Positions 44,642 through 54,772 of a stretch of DNA of 64,000 nucleotides are shown here, in pieces (positions within the stretch are counted from its first letter, which is position 1; the number at the start of each line of letters is the position of its first letter). This DNA comes from Desulfarculales bacterium UBA702 (GTDB lineage: Bacteria; Desulfobacterota; Syntrophobacteria; Syntrophobacterales; Syntrophobacteraceae). The stretch lies in assembly GCA_002298165.1 (NCBI GenBank), contig DBMI01000041.1:51-64050 (forward strand), given 5' to 3'. The notes below the pieces were generated by a model. That model was not told the origin of the DNA and made no database searches. It was given only the letters and a program-made list of their open reading frames with translations. Both the position numbers and the translations under genes were made by a program.

Positions 44642-46759
44642 TTACTTGAATTGCTGGTATTCTATCCCCAGCCACTCTTCTCCCGGGGGATTTACCAGGA
44701 ATTTCGAACAGCGGTCGAGGTAGAGGCCTGTTGGGTGGTCCTGAGGAAATTTAATGGAAATGTTCGTGAAAATTTCGCTGGCTTCTGCCCAACTTTTTGA
44801 GAGATACGCATGAAATCCCCGTGTAAACTCGGTGCAAAGTTCCTCGTCCTCCTTTGCTTTCTTGCCGCTTCTCCTTCCGACCAGTTCGTAGATTTCCACA
44901 TGTTTCTTCTTCCCTTTCGCGGCAACAAGGCCGATAGGGCGGAACCAGAACTTTCCGGAGGCAGCATCGAAGGTTTTCCTGGTAACGAGAATTTCGGTCC
45001 CATAAATCTTATTCGAAGCTTCGAGGCGGCTCGCGATGTTAACGTTATCGCCTATCACGGTGTAGTTTATTCGCTCGATCGACCCCACGTTTCCGACCAC
45101 GCTTTCGCCCGTGCTTATGCCGATCCTCGTAATAAAGGGGCTCCTGCCCTCCTTTATCCACTTATTATTTAGTTCCCTGATTTTTTCCTGGCAAGCGAGT
45201 CCGGCATGGCAGGCATTTATTGCATGCTCGTCATCGTGGATCGGAGCGCCCCAAAAAGCGAGCATTGCATCGCCGATATACTTGTCAATAGTTCCCCTGT
45301 GATGGCTTACGATCCGGGTAAGTTCATCGAAATAGTCCGAAAGGTGCAGCATTAGTTCTTCGGGAGTGGTGCGTTCGGCAATCGAGGTGAAGCCCTTTAT
45401 GTCTGAAAAGAGAATAGTGAGTTCTTTTTTCTGCCCGCCGAGTTCGGCCCCTTTTCCAGTGCTTATCAATTGACGGACGAGCTCTGCTGGAACATACCTC
45501 CTGAATGCGTGGAGACCTTTTTGCATTGAGCAAATTGCTTCGTGCATCACTTGGATTTCAGTGGTGCGTGAAGGAATATGGATTACCTCTTCGAGGTTAA
45601 AGTTCTTGATCTTCCCCGTTGCCTCGGCCATGAGCCGAACGGGTCGGGTAAGACCACGCGAAATCAGGATGGCCACCAGTAAGGCAATCCCGAGCGTGAA
45701 TGCGGAGATGCCGCCCATCAGAATGACCGAGAGCTTGGCCTTGCCTATAAAGTCATCGAGAGGGGCGACGATTCCAATTTTCCACTGTACGGGAAATGGT
45801 TTTGGAATATCAATGAATGAGGCAATATATTTGTTCCCCTCGAATTCGACTAATAGCCCGCTCTTCTTTGTGATTTTATGCTGCCGGTACGCAACTGTGA
45901 GCGGCCCGAATCCGATTTCTTCCACTTTGACAGGACGCAAAGCTCCGTTTTCTTCTTTTATGATCTTTGAGTAATCCGGATAGGCAACGACCTCTCCCTT
46001 TTCATTAATGATCAGTTCAATACCGCTCTTTCCTACTTTTTGAGTCTTCAGAAAATTGGATATATCGTCCAGTTCGATGTCCATGGCCCAGACGCCGATC
46101 AATTCTCCGGTTTTGCCGTAAACAGGGTGGGAAGATGTAATTGCCGGTTTTTTGTTTCTGAAGAGGATATACACATCGGTCAAAAAGCTTCCTTCCGCCT
46201 CCCTGGCTCCGACGTACCACGGACGAATTCGTGGATCGTAGTCAATTTCTTCGATCTTCCGCACGCCTGAAACTTGAAATAAACTGTCCCGATAGACGTA
46301 GGAATCCGTAGGCGGAGAGTCTGCCGCCCTTATTATCCTGCTCTCCGTATTTCCATCGGGTAGCCGCCAGGCCCGGATGTAATTGCCTTGCTCATCGGCA
46401 AGAAAAAACATCGACACCTGAGGATAGGATTTCAAGACCCCGAGCGTATACATTTCAATCTGGGTGAAATCATTGCATGAAATTGCTCCGAGTTCGGAGA
46501 GTCTCGAACTCAACTCAACCGAAATTAAGGCCGGCAGGAAATAATTACCGGTCTTTTCGATTATCGTCCTTGAGTTTTGTTCCAGAAGCTCGTGTGTAAG
46601 CTCTGAAATGATGATCTTGTCCTGCCGGTAGACGAAATACATGATGGGCAGCACGGTGATCAGGAGCAGTGAGACAAAGGCGGAGACTATAGTGAAATAG
46701 AAGCTGCGGCTTTTGAAAATGGATGGTTTCCGGGAGGATTTACCTGCCGATTTCGACAT
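44642..46759 (-). CDS. membrane adenylate/guanylate cyclase (Cache-HAMP-class III cyclase)
   Basis: TM-periplasmic domain-TM-HAMP, then ILFSDIKGFTSIAE...IDKYIGDAMLAFWGAP...GISTGESVVGNVGS. AGGAGGAG RBS before MSKSAG. Confidence 0.85.
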   Translation of the reverse strand: MSKSAGKSSRKPSIFKSRSFYFTIVSAFVSLLLITVLPIMYFVYRQDKIIISELTHELLEQNSRTIIEKTGNYFLPALISVELSSRLSELGAISCNDFTQIEMYTLGVLKSYPQVSMFFLADEQGNYIRAWRLPDGNTESRIIRAADSPPTDSYVYRDSLFQVSGVRKIEEIDYDPRIRPWYVGAREAEGSFLTDVYILFRNKKPAITSSHPVYGKTGELIGVWAMDIELDDISNFLKTQKVGKSGIELIINEKGEVVAYPDYSKIIKEENGALRPVKVEEIGFGPLTVAYRQHKITKKSGLLVEFEGNKYIASFIDIPKPFPVQWKIGIVAPLDDFIGKAKLSVILMGGISAFTLGIALLVAILISRGLTRPVRLMAEATGKIKNFNLEEVIHIPSRTTEIQVMHEAICSMQKGLHAFRRYVPAELVRQLISTGKGAELGGQKKELTILFSDIKGFTSIAERTTPEELMLHLSDYFDELTRIVSHHRGTIDKYIGDAMLAFWGAPIHDDEHAINACHAGLACQEKIRELNNKWIKEGRSPFITRIGISTGESVVGNVGSIERINYTVIGDNVNIASRLEASNKIYGTEILVTRKTFDAASGKFWFRPIGLVAAKGKKKHVEIYELVGRRSGKKAKEDEELCTEFTRGFHAYLSKSWAEASEIFTNISIKFPQDHPTGLYLDRCSKFLVNPPGEEWLGIEYQQFK

Positions 46760-47062
46760 TAACGTCTCCTCCTGCCACCCAGTTTTGGATGAGAAGAAAT
46801 TCCGGAACGGCATAAAGCCAATTACCGAACCAACCCAAACTATTCAAAGGATATGTTCTAACCAATCGTACTTGAAGATGAAAAGGATGAGACCTTTTTG
46901 CCCAAACGGAATTGGCGGCATGTGCAGGTTGGTTTAAGCGGTGATTGGGAATTTCGCCGCTTTTAGCTACGATAGAGCGACACCAAACCTTCACCTTCAC
47001 GAAGGATCCTGAGTACGAAAAAAAAAGCGAATCCGGGCTAGCCAGTTTTTATGGAAAACCAT

Positions 47063-49321
47063 TCAGACCAAAATCGTTCTAATCCTGTGCAGCATTCGAA
47101 GCTGTTCACCGGTGAACTCCAGCTCCGGTCTTTGAGTGAAAATGGTTTCCACTTTCCCGAGAACATCCTTCATTCGTTGTAGTTCCTCGGGCCGGCTCAG
47201 CAGAGATGGAAGTGTAGCCAGGGCCCTCTCGGGTTCCAGAGAAACGATCACCTCCTGCTCCGAGTTTATCCTGCGCAAATCTTCTTCGGAGAGTCCGGAC
47301 AGGTCTCCACCCGAGTGCATGACCTCATCGGTTACTTCCAGGTTAAGGAGAGAGAAATGATGCGACTGGCTGCCGATAAGCGCCTCAATGCGGGCCACTG
47401 CCTGCGGGTAGCCGCCCTTTTCCATTTTTGCGAGCGCGTCCTTGACAAGCGGGAGGGTTCTTGGATTGATCCTTCTCTCCATTTCCCTGTAAATTTCCGG
47501 CTCGACTACTCCAAGCGCTATCATGCCGCCGTATACCTGAAAGAAGAGGACCTCGGACATCAAGTCGCGGGTGTCCCGATAGTAATTGAGAGCTGCGGAT
47601 ATGCAGCCCGACATTGCTTTTTCCATTGTATAAAATGGATTTTCGGGCGAAGTCTCCACACGCGACTCTCTTACGGCCAAAGCAGCCGATGGGAGTTGCC
47701 ATGTCAGAGGATTCCACGCAGTGCTAAAGGCCCATCTCTGCCAGCGCAGTGGATGAAATTTTCTGAGAAACTCCGCCAATTGCTCGTTAGCGGCTGAACG
47801 TATAAAGGGACGGCAGAAAAGAGAGTAGGCTTTCTCATTTAGAGTAGATACCTCCGCCACCGCCTCAAAAGCCATCTCGTCGCGCCTGTCGTATTTCGAG
47901 CCGAATTTCAGATCTTCGAGCCTTTTTTCCTCGAAAGCCACCTCGTACGCGAAACCACCACTACCGTCCGGCTTCTCGGATATCTCCATCTCATAGAGCC
48001 CTGGCCGAAGCGTCTGAATGTGATCGAGTACTTTGACGATCTGCGAGTGCTCTTTTTTTGCTACCATGCCGGAAACGAAAATTCCGAGATGGCCGATGTT
48101 CTTGTGCATCAACCCGACAATGACCTGGCCATTTGCCTTGATTTCCTCGGTGCTCCCGTAGACATCCGCGATCCAATAGAAAGCCTGCTGGGGCGGAGTG
48201 ATATTGTCGCCCATGGACGCAAACACGATTATCGGAGATTTAATTGACCGGATGTCCAGGGCCTGACGCATGCAGCTCTTTATCTCGCCTCGATCCAGCT
48301 TGTTTCCAATGAACAGGTTATCGACTATCCAGCGTATTTCCTGTTCATTCATCAAAAAGTATCCCCCCCACCATTTCTCGAATTCCAGGAAACGGTCGGG
48401 TTCAGTGTCGATATTGGCGTAGAGGTGGTGGTACTTCTCCCAGAAGGTATTGGCAGGGTTAAGTGTTTCGAAATTCTGCACCAGGTGCGCTCCGTCGAAC
48501 CTGCCGTTACCGAGATCACTCGCCAGCAACACACCCCAGCTTCCGCCCGAAAGGCCTCCGGAGTAGCGCATCGGGTTCTGATTCTCTTTGCCGCCCCAGT
48601 AGGACATAGGCGCACCGTTGATAACTACCGGGCCGGTAATATCGGGCTGGGATGCCGCAAGAAGCATCACCGCCCATCCTCCCTGGCAGTTGCCGTAAAT
48701 GACGGGCTTTTTGCTCCTGGGGTGCCTCCTGACGACTTCCCTGACAAATCTCGCCTCGGCTGCGCAAACATCAAGGAGGGTCTGCCCCGGCTCCGGATCG
48801 CGAAAAAACATCACAAAATAGACGGGGTGACCGGCTTTTAGAGCTACCCCAATTTCGGATTCCGCCTTGAATCCGCCTATGCCGGGGCCGTGGCCCGCAC
48901 GCGGATCGACAATTATATACGGTCGCAAAGTGTCGTCGGTAACCATGCCTTCGGGAGGGATGATCCTTACCAGGGCGTAGTTTACGGGGCGTTTAAAAAG
49001 ACGGCCGTCCTCAATCTCTTCAAAATCATAGAACAGCACCGGAGGTTCCCCCGCGCGCTCATGTTCTATAAAATTATCACCTCTTCGGCGCATCGTATCC
49101 CAGAACAACACAGATCGCTGGAACGAATCGGTCAAATAGGAGTTTAGAAATTGCCATGGATTCGTGAGATCCTTGGCAGCCGCACCGGAACCTTCAAGCA
49201 CTGCTTCCCGGCAATGGTCCAGAAAGTTGCGCTGCGCCTCCAGGGTCCCCGTGCAAAAACGTTCAAAAATATTGCCAGCCAATTCCATGAAGTTACTCGC
49301 GCGCTGAAATTGAGTCTCCAC
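47063..49321 (-). CDS. DUF3141-like large alpha/beta-hydrolase-type protein
   Basis: About 750 aa. N-terminal WQFLNSYLTDSFQRSVLFWDTMRRRGDNFIEHE and central GNCQGGW (nucleophile-elbow-like). The family name is from memory. GTG start with AAGGAG RBS. Confidence 0.55.
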   Translation of the reverse strand: METQFQRASNFMELAGNIFERFCTGTLEAQRNFLDHCREAVLEGSGAAAKDLTNPWQFLNSYLTDSFQRSVLFWDTMRRRGDNFIEHERAGEPPVLFYDFEEIEDGRLFKRPVNYALVRIIPPEGMVTDDTLRPYIIVDPRAGHGPGIGGFKAESEIGVALKAGHPVYFVMFFRDPEPGQTLLDVCAAEARFVREVVRRHPRSKKPVIYGNCQGGWAVMLLAASQPDITGPVVINGAPMSYWGGKENQNPMRYSGGLSGGSWGVLLASDLGNGRFDGAHLVQNFETLNPANTFWEKYHHLYANIDTEPDRFLEFEKWWGGYFLMNEQEIRWIVDNLFIGNKLDRGEIKSCMRQALDIRSIKSPIIVFASMGDNITPPQQAFYWIADVYGSTEEIKANGQVIVGLMHKNIGHLGIFVSGMVAKKEHSQIVKVLDHIQTLRPGLYEMEISEKPDGSGGFAYEVAFEEKRLEDLKFGSKYDRRDEMAFEAVAEVSTLNEKAYSLFCRPFIRSAANEQLAEFLRKFHPLRWQRWAFSTAWNPLTWQLPSAALAVRESRVETSPENPFYTMEKAMSGCISAALNYYRDTRDLMSEVLFFQVYGGMIALGVVEPEIYREMERRINPRTLPLVKDALAKMEKGGYPQAVARIEALIGSQSHHFSLLNLEVTDEVMHSGGDLSGLSEEDLRRINSEQEVIVSLEPERALATLPSLLSRPEELQRMKDVLGKVETIFTQRPELEFTGEQLRMLHRIRTILV

Positions 49322-49680
49322 TCGCAACTCCTTTGAATCTCGGACATCTGGTTTGGGGAAGCAATTGCGTTGGGCCGTCTTGACACCGATCCGGAAATGG
49401 TGTGTATTCTGAATAGTTTCAGCAAATTTACCGTCTGGGAATTGCGGTATTTTGATTCAGTGTAGTCAAATGAATACCTTTGTCAAAAGAAAAGGGTTCC
49501 GACAGAAACGAGATAAGCTCCCGCGCCTCATTATGCAACCACCCCCGAGCATCCGGGTCAGGCAGCCGCCTGTTATCCCCCTTTGCGCAAGTCGGATCGA
49601 ATGGACATGAACCCTGGAGTGTCTTAAACAAATCTCAGTATTCCAGCAGCTTCTATTGAAGGACACAGGGAGGATGAAAA

Positions 49681-50565
49681 ATGAGAGTGGGTTTTATCGG
49701 CCTTGGGCACATGGGGAGCGGCATGGCGGAAAACCTGACGGCAGCCGGACACGAAGTAACTGTCTATAATCGTACGCCCGGCAAGATGCAGCCCCTGGTG
49801 GAGAGGGGCGCAAGGGCCGCCGAGAGCATAGCGGATGCCTGCTTGGGAGATGCCGTAATTACGATGCTGGCGGACGATGCAGCCGTTGAAAGAGTCTCGT
49901 TTGGAAATGGCGGAATAATCGAAAGCCTCGGCAGGGGCGCAATTCACATATCCATGAGCACGATCAGTGTCGATCTATCGGAAAAGCTCACGGCAGCTCA
50001 TGCGAACGCCGGTCAGCGATTCGTCAGCGCGCCGGTTTTCGGGAGGCCGGATGCAGCGGCGGCGGCCAAGCTGTTTATAGTCGCAGGCGGCACGCTGGAT
50101 GACCTGGCCGCATGCGAGCCTCTTTTTGAAGCAATGGGGCAGAAAACCTTCCGGGTTAGCGATCGTCCCCCGGATGCAAACCTGATAAAGCTCAGCGGGA
50201 ATTTCCTGATTGCCTCGGTAATAGAGTCGCTTGGCGAGGCCGTTGCTCTGGTCGGCAAGGCAGGAATTGACAAAATGAAATACTTAGATCTTCTTACATC
50301 GACTCTTTTCAATGCGCCGGTTTATAAGACCTACGGCGGATTGATAGTCGATCAAAAATTCGACACCGGCGGATTTTCCGCCCCCCTTGGCCTCAAGGAT
50401 ATCCGCCTGGCACTTTCAGCAGCCGAAAAGCTTCGCGTGCCTATGCCTCTGGCGAGCCTTCTGCGCGACCGGCTTATCACCCTTATCGCAACCGGCGGGG
50501 AAGCCCTGGATTGGACTGCAATCGCCCTTCTCGCGGCAAAAGATGCCGGCGAGGTGAGCAGATGA
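49681..50565 (+). CDS. NAD(P)-dependent beta-hydroxyacid dehydrogenase (HIBADH/GarR family)
   Basis: MRVGFIGLGHMGSGMAENL and a family-typical length (294 aa). Confidence 0.85.
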   Translation: MRVGFIGLGHMGSGMAENLTAAGHEVTVYNRTPGKMQPLVERGARAAESIADACLGDAVITMLADDAAVERVSFGNGGIIESLGRGAIHISMSTISVDLSEKLTAAHANAGQRFVSAPVFGRPDAAAAAKLFIVAGGTLDDLAACEPLFEAMGQKTFRVSDRPPDANLIKLSGNFLIASVIESLGEAVALVGKAGIDKMKYLDLLTSTLFNAPVYKTYGGLIVDQKFDTGGFSAPLGLKDIRLALSAAEKLRVPMPLASLLRDRLITLIATGGEALDWTAIALLAAKDAGEVSR

Positions 50566-50677
50566 GTTGCACACGGCCGCAAACGATGCTTTATAAGGCA
50601 GATACCATGCTGTTATAAGTTCATAAGACAGGCCATGCCGGTTTTCGGATTAGCGCTGTTCCAGGAGGCAGCCGACT

Positions 50678-51877
50678 ATGGTGCTCTCATTTATAAATGC
50701 ATTGCGCCGGGAGGAGATTCCCGTAAGCGTGCGCCAGGTTCTGGAATTCCACGGAGCGCTGCGGGAGGGGCTTGCGCCCGACATAGACCATCTTTTTCTA
50801 CTTACCCGGCTGATTTTCATAAAACGGGTGGAGCACTACGATACTTTCGAGCGCGTTTTTGCATCTTTTTTCATGGGAAAGGATTTTCGGAAAATTTCGA
50901 CCGACTGGGAGGATGCACTTTCTTCAAAACCATTCGAACAGTGGCTGCGCGAAGAAATTGAAAAGGGTACCCTCACAGTTGACGAGCTTCGTGAATTTGG
51001 AACGGACGAGTTGCTGCGGCGATTTTGGGAAACAATTGCCAAACAGCAGGACCGGCACCGGCACGGGCGCACCTGGATCGGTACCTCCGGCACTTCCCCT
51101 TTCGGCCATGGAGGACGTGATGGAGGAGGTATAAGGGTCCACGGCAAGAGCATCCACGGAACCGCCCAGAAGGTGATCTCCGGCAGAAATTATTTGAATT
51201 ACAGCTCAAAATCCTCAATAGCACACGATAATTTGCATCAGGTGCTTGCATCTCTCAGGAACTTCCAGCTCGCCGGGCCGGAAACTGAACTCGATATTGA
51301 CGAGACGATCTCCCGTACCGCAAAAAACGGCGGCGAAATAGATCTCGTGTTCACCAGGGAAAGGCGAGACAGGCTGAAGCTGATAGTTTTGCTGGATAAC
51401 GGCGGGTACTCGATGGAGCCTTACATCGATCTTGTGAAAGCAGTTTTCGGAAAGATCCGCGACCAGTTTAAAGAACTTAAGTATTTCTATTTTCACAATT
51501 GCATCTACGGGACCGTTTACAGTGACCAGCCAAGGACCCGCCCCGTGCATTGGGAAAACTTTATTGGGCGAGGGCGCGACACCAGGCTAATCATAATAGG
51601 GGATGCCAATATGGCCCCCGCCGAGTTGATGGCCGCGAGCGGTTCCCTCTACTTTGTCAGCGAGGAGCGCAAATCGGGACGGGAGTGGCTAAAGGAGCTG
51701 AGGACTGCCTTTCCGGCGAGCATTTGGCTGAATCCGATTCCAAAGGAGCGCTGGGCCGGGGAAAGCATCAGTATCGACCGTATCGGGCGCATCTTCCCGA
51801 TGGAAGATCTCACACTCTCCGGTATCAAAAACGCCGTTGACAGATTGAACATTCAGGGGCAGACGGTGAGGGCGTAA
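50678..51877 (+). CDS. VWA-domain protein, CoxE-like
   Basis: N-terminus FINALRREEIPVSVRQVLEFHGAL and C-terminal VWA-like LIVLLDNGGSM...IIIGDA pattern. Confidence 0.65.
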   Translation: MVLSFINALRREEIPVSVRQVLEFHGALREGLAPDIDHLFLLTRLIFIKRVEHYDTFERVFASFFMGKDFRKISTDWEDALSSKPFEQWLREEIEKGTLTVDELREFGTDELLRRFWETIAKQQDRHRHGRTWIGTSGTSPFGHGGRDGGGIRVHGKSIHGTAQKVISGRNYLNYSSKSSIAHDNLHQVLASLRNFQLAGPETELDIDETISRTAKNGGEIDLVFTRERRDRLKLIVLLDNGGYSMEPYIDLVKAVFGKIRDQFKELKYFYFHNCIYGTVYSDQPRTRPVHWENFIGRGRDTRLIIIGDANMAPAELMAASGSLYFVSEERKSGREWLKELRTAFPASIWLNPIPKERWAGESISIDRIGRIFPMEDLTLSGIKNAVDRLNIQGQTVRA

Positions 51878-52064
51878 GGCGGTTGCGGGTTGCGGGTTGC
51901 GGGTGCAAGGTGCGTGAGCCCGCGACGAAATTTCCTCGCGTGATTACGCGTTCTCTGTTGTGGCATGGTCTCCCGACCCTGCCACCAACGCTGACCGAAG
52001 GTCTCCTATGGGTTCATGATCAAACTCGGAGAACTTCGGGTCGGGCACATGACGCAGTCAGGAC

Positions 52065-52285
52065 GGGCTGTTGCCCAAACAAGTTGCGATACAAATTCCC
52101 CTAGCTAATTTGTAGGGTGCTGGATGCGGATTCCCCCTCCCTTTGATGGGAGGGGGCCAGGGGGAGGGTGACAAAAAGATCTAAGGATTTCAACCCCCTC
52201 CCCCAGCCCCTCCCACCAGTGGAGGGGAGTTTCCCTCCAATTTCGGCCTATTATTTTTCCATTCGGGTTTTAGGCAACAGTCCGA
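52065..52285. repeat. MITE-like palindromic element, long copy
   Basis: Same ends as 11556..11679 (ctgttgcccaaaca / ttttaggcaacag), with a 34-bp internal duplication. An extra arm creates a ~22-bp G-rich long hairpin. Confidence 0.6.
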
Positions 52286-52381
52286 GGAGACCGCGCCATA
52301 ACCTGGTGGCGCTATAGCCGGGGTTGCACATAATCGCAGGCGGAACCAGCAAAGCCGCTTTTAACTCGCAACCCGCAAAGC

Positions 52382-53083
52382 CTAGCTCTTCTCCAAGTCC
52401 TTAAGCGATTCGACAACGAGCACCGTGGTTCCTGACTCGGCCCATTGGAAAAGGGATTCGGCTTTTTCGACCGGCAGAATAACGCAGCCATGTGAGCATC
52501 GCGCGCCAAAGACATTTCCGGCGTGTATATAGACGGTTTCATAGATTCGCAGCGAAAATGGCATCCAGGCGGGCTTGCCGAATTCATTTGGGTAGGAGCG
52601 CGAAACGTGTTCGGGATCCTTTTCCTGGACGCGGTAGAAGCCTGGTTTGGTGTCCTGCCCCATGTTGCCGATGCAGGCCTGGCTGTCGCCTGCCAGGGCA
52701 CCGGATTCATACCACCCGATAAAAGGAATGTCTTTGACCACCAGGATAAATTTAGGTGAACGATTGGCGGTTCCGAGCCTCAGCGGCAGCGGGGTCCAAT
52801 CCCTGAATGCCTGAAAATCGTTGGGGACCTTCAGCCTGCGGCTTTCCCTGATGTCCTCCCGAATATAGTACTGCTCTTTGGTGTTGAGGCGAGAGAGGAT
52901 TTCGCGGCAGGTATTCACGTCGAGATCCGGGTTAGTTCTCTCGATCTGGAGTAATTCATCTTCCGATATGACACGCTCGGTGAATGATGGATATGAATCG
53001 TAAGGCCCGGCAAAAAGAAGGCCGGCAGTGCCGGCGATCCAAAGCAGGGCTAAGCACAAACCTGTTTTGAGGGATAATTTCAT
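52382..53083 (-). CDS. L,D-transpeptidase (YkuD domain) protein
   Basis: Signal peptide. Catalytic motif IHAGNVFGARCSHGCVILP (H..SHGC). Confidence 0.85.
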   Translation of the reverse strand: MKLSLKTGLCLALLWIAGTAGLLFAGPYDSYPSFTERVISEDELLQIERTNPDLDVNTCREILSRLNTKEQYYIREDIRESRRLKVPNDFQAFRDWTPLPLRLGTANRSPKFILVVKDIPFIGWYESGALAGDSQACIGNMGQDTKPGFYRVQEKDPEHVSRSYPNEFGKPAWMPFSLRIYETVYIHAGNVFGARCSHGCVILPVEKAESLFQWAESGTTVLVVESLKDLEKS

Positions 53084-53122
53084 GATTCCAATCTAGTGCC
53101 GCGAAGTTGCTTATGAAGTAAC

Positions 53123-53159
53123 GAAACCCAACACTCCAGCGCCGGGGGTGTTGGGTTTC
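53123..53159 (-). terminator. strong hairpin between the LUD-domain gene and the L,D-transpeptidase gene
   Basis: gaaacccaacac / gtgttgggtttc perfect 12-bp stem with a 13-nt loop. The U-tract is weak, so terminator function is uncertain. Confidence 0.35.
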
Positions 53160-53273
53160 ACTCTTTCCTGATTAATTATTTGGCAGCGTTAGCCCCATTC
53201 GCCGCTCAGCCCGGTCTACGCTTTGCCACAATTCAATTTGGGGCAAACAGCCAATCCATTGCGCCCTAAACCA

Positions 53274-53927
53274 CTAGAGCCCGAATTCCCCTTTTATCAG
53301 CACGATCTTGATTCGACCCTTGGGGTAGGACTTCTCGGTGATCGTCCAGGTATTGCAGATGCGGTCGGGGCTGCGGCATTCCTCGCAGAATCCGGTCTTG
53401 ACGCATGGAGTTTTTTTGTCGAGCCGCATGGAGTTGGTCGGGGCCGAGTAGCTCTTAATCCTTAGCATGGCATCTTCGATATCGGGGACGATTTTATTTG
53501 TTCCAACGAGGATTACCACATTCCTGGGACCGAATCCGATTGCGCCCGTCCTGTTGCCGGTCATATCGAGGTTCACGAGCTTCCCGGTTTCGGTCACCGC
53601 ATTTGTACCGGTAACGAAAAAGTCGACCAGCAGGGAGCGCCGCCTGCGTTCGTACATTTCTGCCGCTGGGACCCCTTTTTCGAAGGTATCCAGTATCTCG
53701 ACTCCGGGATATCTCCTGAGCGCCTCATAGACACCGGTTTGCACAACCGTCATGGATCCTCCCCATGATAGACTGTGGGCATCGGTTTTGGGCAGGATCT
53801 CTTCCAAAACTATCCTTTTGGCCGCCGGTGCATCTTCCGCGATGTACACTTCAAAGTTGTTGGATTCCAGGATTTCCTTCAGGCTTTCAAGGCGAAGGGA
53901 CCAGAAGTTTTCGATTGGCTTGTCCAT
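53274..53927 (-). CDS. LUD-domain protein (LutC/YkgG-like)
   Basis: VDFFVTGTNAVTETGKLVNLD, GPRNVVILVGTNKIV, and a C-terminal Cys cluster CVKTGFCEECRSPDRIC. Confidence 0.6.
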   Translation of the reverse strand: MDKPIENFWSLRLESLKEILESNNFEVYIAEDAPAAKRIVLEEILPKTDAHSLSWGGSMTVVQTGVYEALRRYPGVEILDTFEKGVPAAEMYERRRRSLLVDFFVTGTNAVTETGKLVNLDMTGNRTGAIGFGPRNVVILVGTNKIVPDIEDAMLRIKSYSAPTNSMRLDKKTPCVKTGFCEECRSPDRICNTWTITEKSYPKGRIKIVLIKGEFGL

Positions 53928-53965
53928 TTTTTACACCCCCGTACATTAATTAAAACAACAGCAGC

Positions 53966-54427
53966 TCACGGATTCGACATCTTCATGAGCAGCTTTCTAT
54001 GTTCCATCTCCTGCTCCCGAATAAGCGCAAGGGTCGAAAGAGCCTCAGCATCGGTAACCAGCGAAGCAATGAATTCATAGAAAAGAATCGAGTCCTCCTC
54101 GAAATCCACCGCAGCCTTGAGGATTTCTTTTTCATCACTGATGGAGCCGGCCTCAAGCTCATCGAGCGAAAAGGCATGCCTTCCCATAGCGGCCCGCAGG
54201 GCGGTCCCGCTAGCTCCGGAAATAATATCGCGGCCTTTTCTGTTAGCGCACAGCCGAGCCTTGAGTTCCTGAAACTTCTGCCGGTGCATGACCTCCTGAT
54301 CGGCCAGCCAGCCGAGAAGATCTTTTAACTCACCTCGGACCACCCTGCCAAGGGCGCTCCTGTAATAATTTTCGCCATTCACTTCCACCTGGATCGCCAG
54401 ATCGAAAATCTCGGAAGCCGTAAACAT
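53966..54427 (-). CDS. ferritin-like / rubrerythrin-family four-helix protein
   Basis: Paired E..(E)..H style helices (AIQVEVNGENYY; ADQEVMHRQKF; AVDFEEDSILFY; REQEMEHRKLL). Confidence 0.55.
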   Translation of the reverse strand: MFTASEIFDLAIQVEVNGENYYRSALGRVVRGELKDLLGWLADQEVMHRQKFQELKARLCANRKGRDIISGASGTALRAAMGRHAFSLDELEAGSISDEKEILKAAVDFEEDSILFYEFIASLVTDAEALSTLALIREQEMEHRKLLMKMSNP

Positions 54428-54772
54428 TAGTATTCCTTATTCAGCCGCGGGAATTGCTCAGGGTCGGCTTTTCAGCACGCCATTTCGAGTCTTGGCGACC
54501 CGGAGATCCATCATCCGCCTCTGATACCACTTAGCGTTCGAGATCAGCATTTGCAAATGTTCGAGTTCAAGCCCAGCAGGCTTTCTATTTAATAAATAAC
54601 ATGAAAGAACGCCTGCAAAGGGCTAGATTACATCTGGACCGTAACCTGGTATGAGCAGGTATTAGAATCCGGCAGCCGGCACGGGAACGATCCGGATTTG
54701 CAATTCTAATTTATGCAGCCCGTCGCTGTATAGAACTTATTAACAGGCGGTCCGGGTATTATCTGCTTGGCC

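Noticed and set aside
54661-54711. Imperfect inverted repeat ttagaatccgg ... ccggatt(tgcaa)ttctaa downstream of mucR
   Set aside because: The stem is bulged and there is no U-tract on the mucR strand. It could be a protein-binding site, but there is no supporting evidence.
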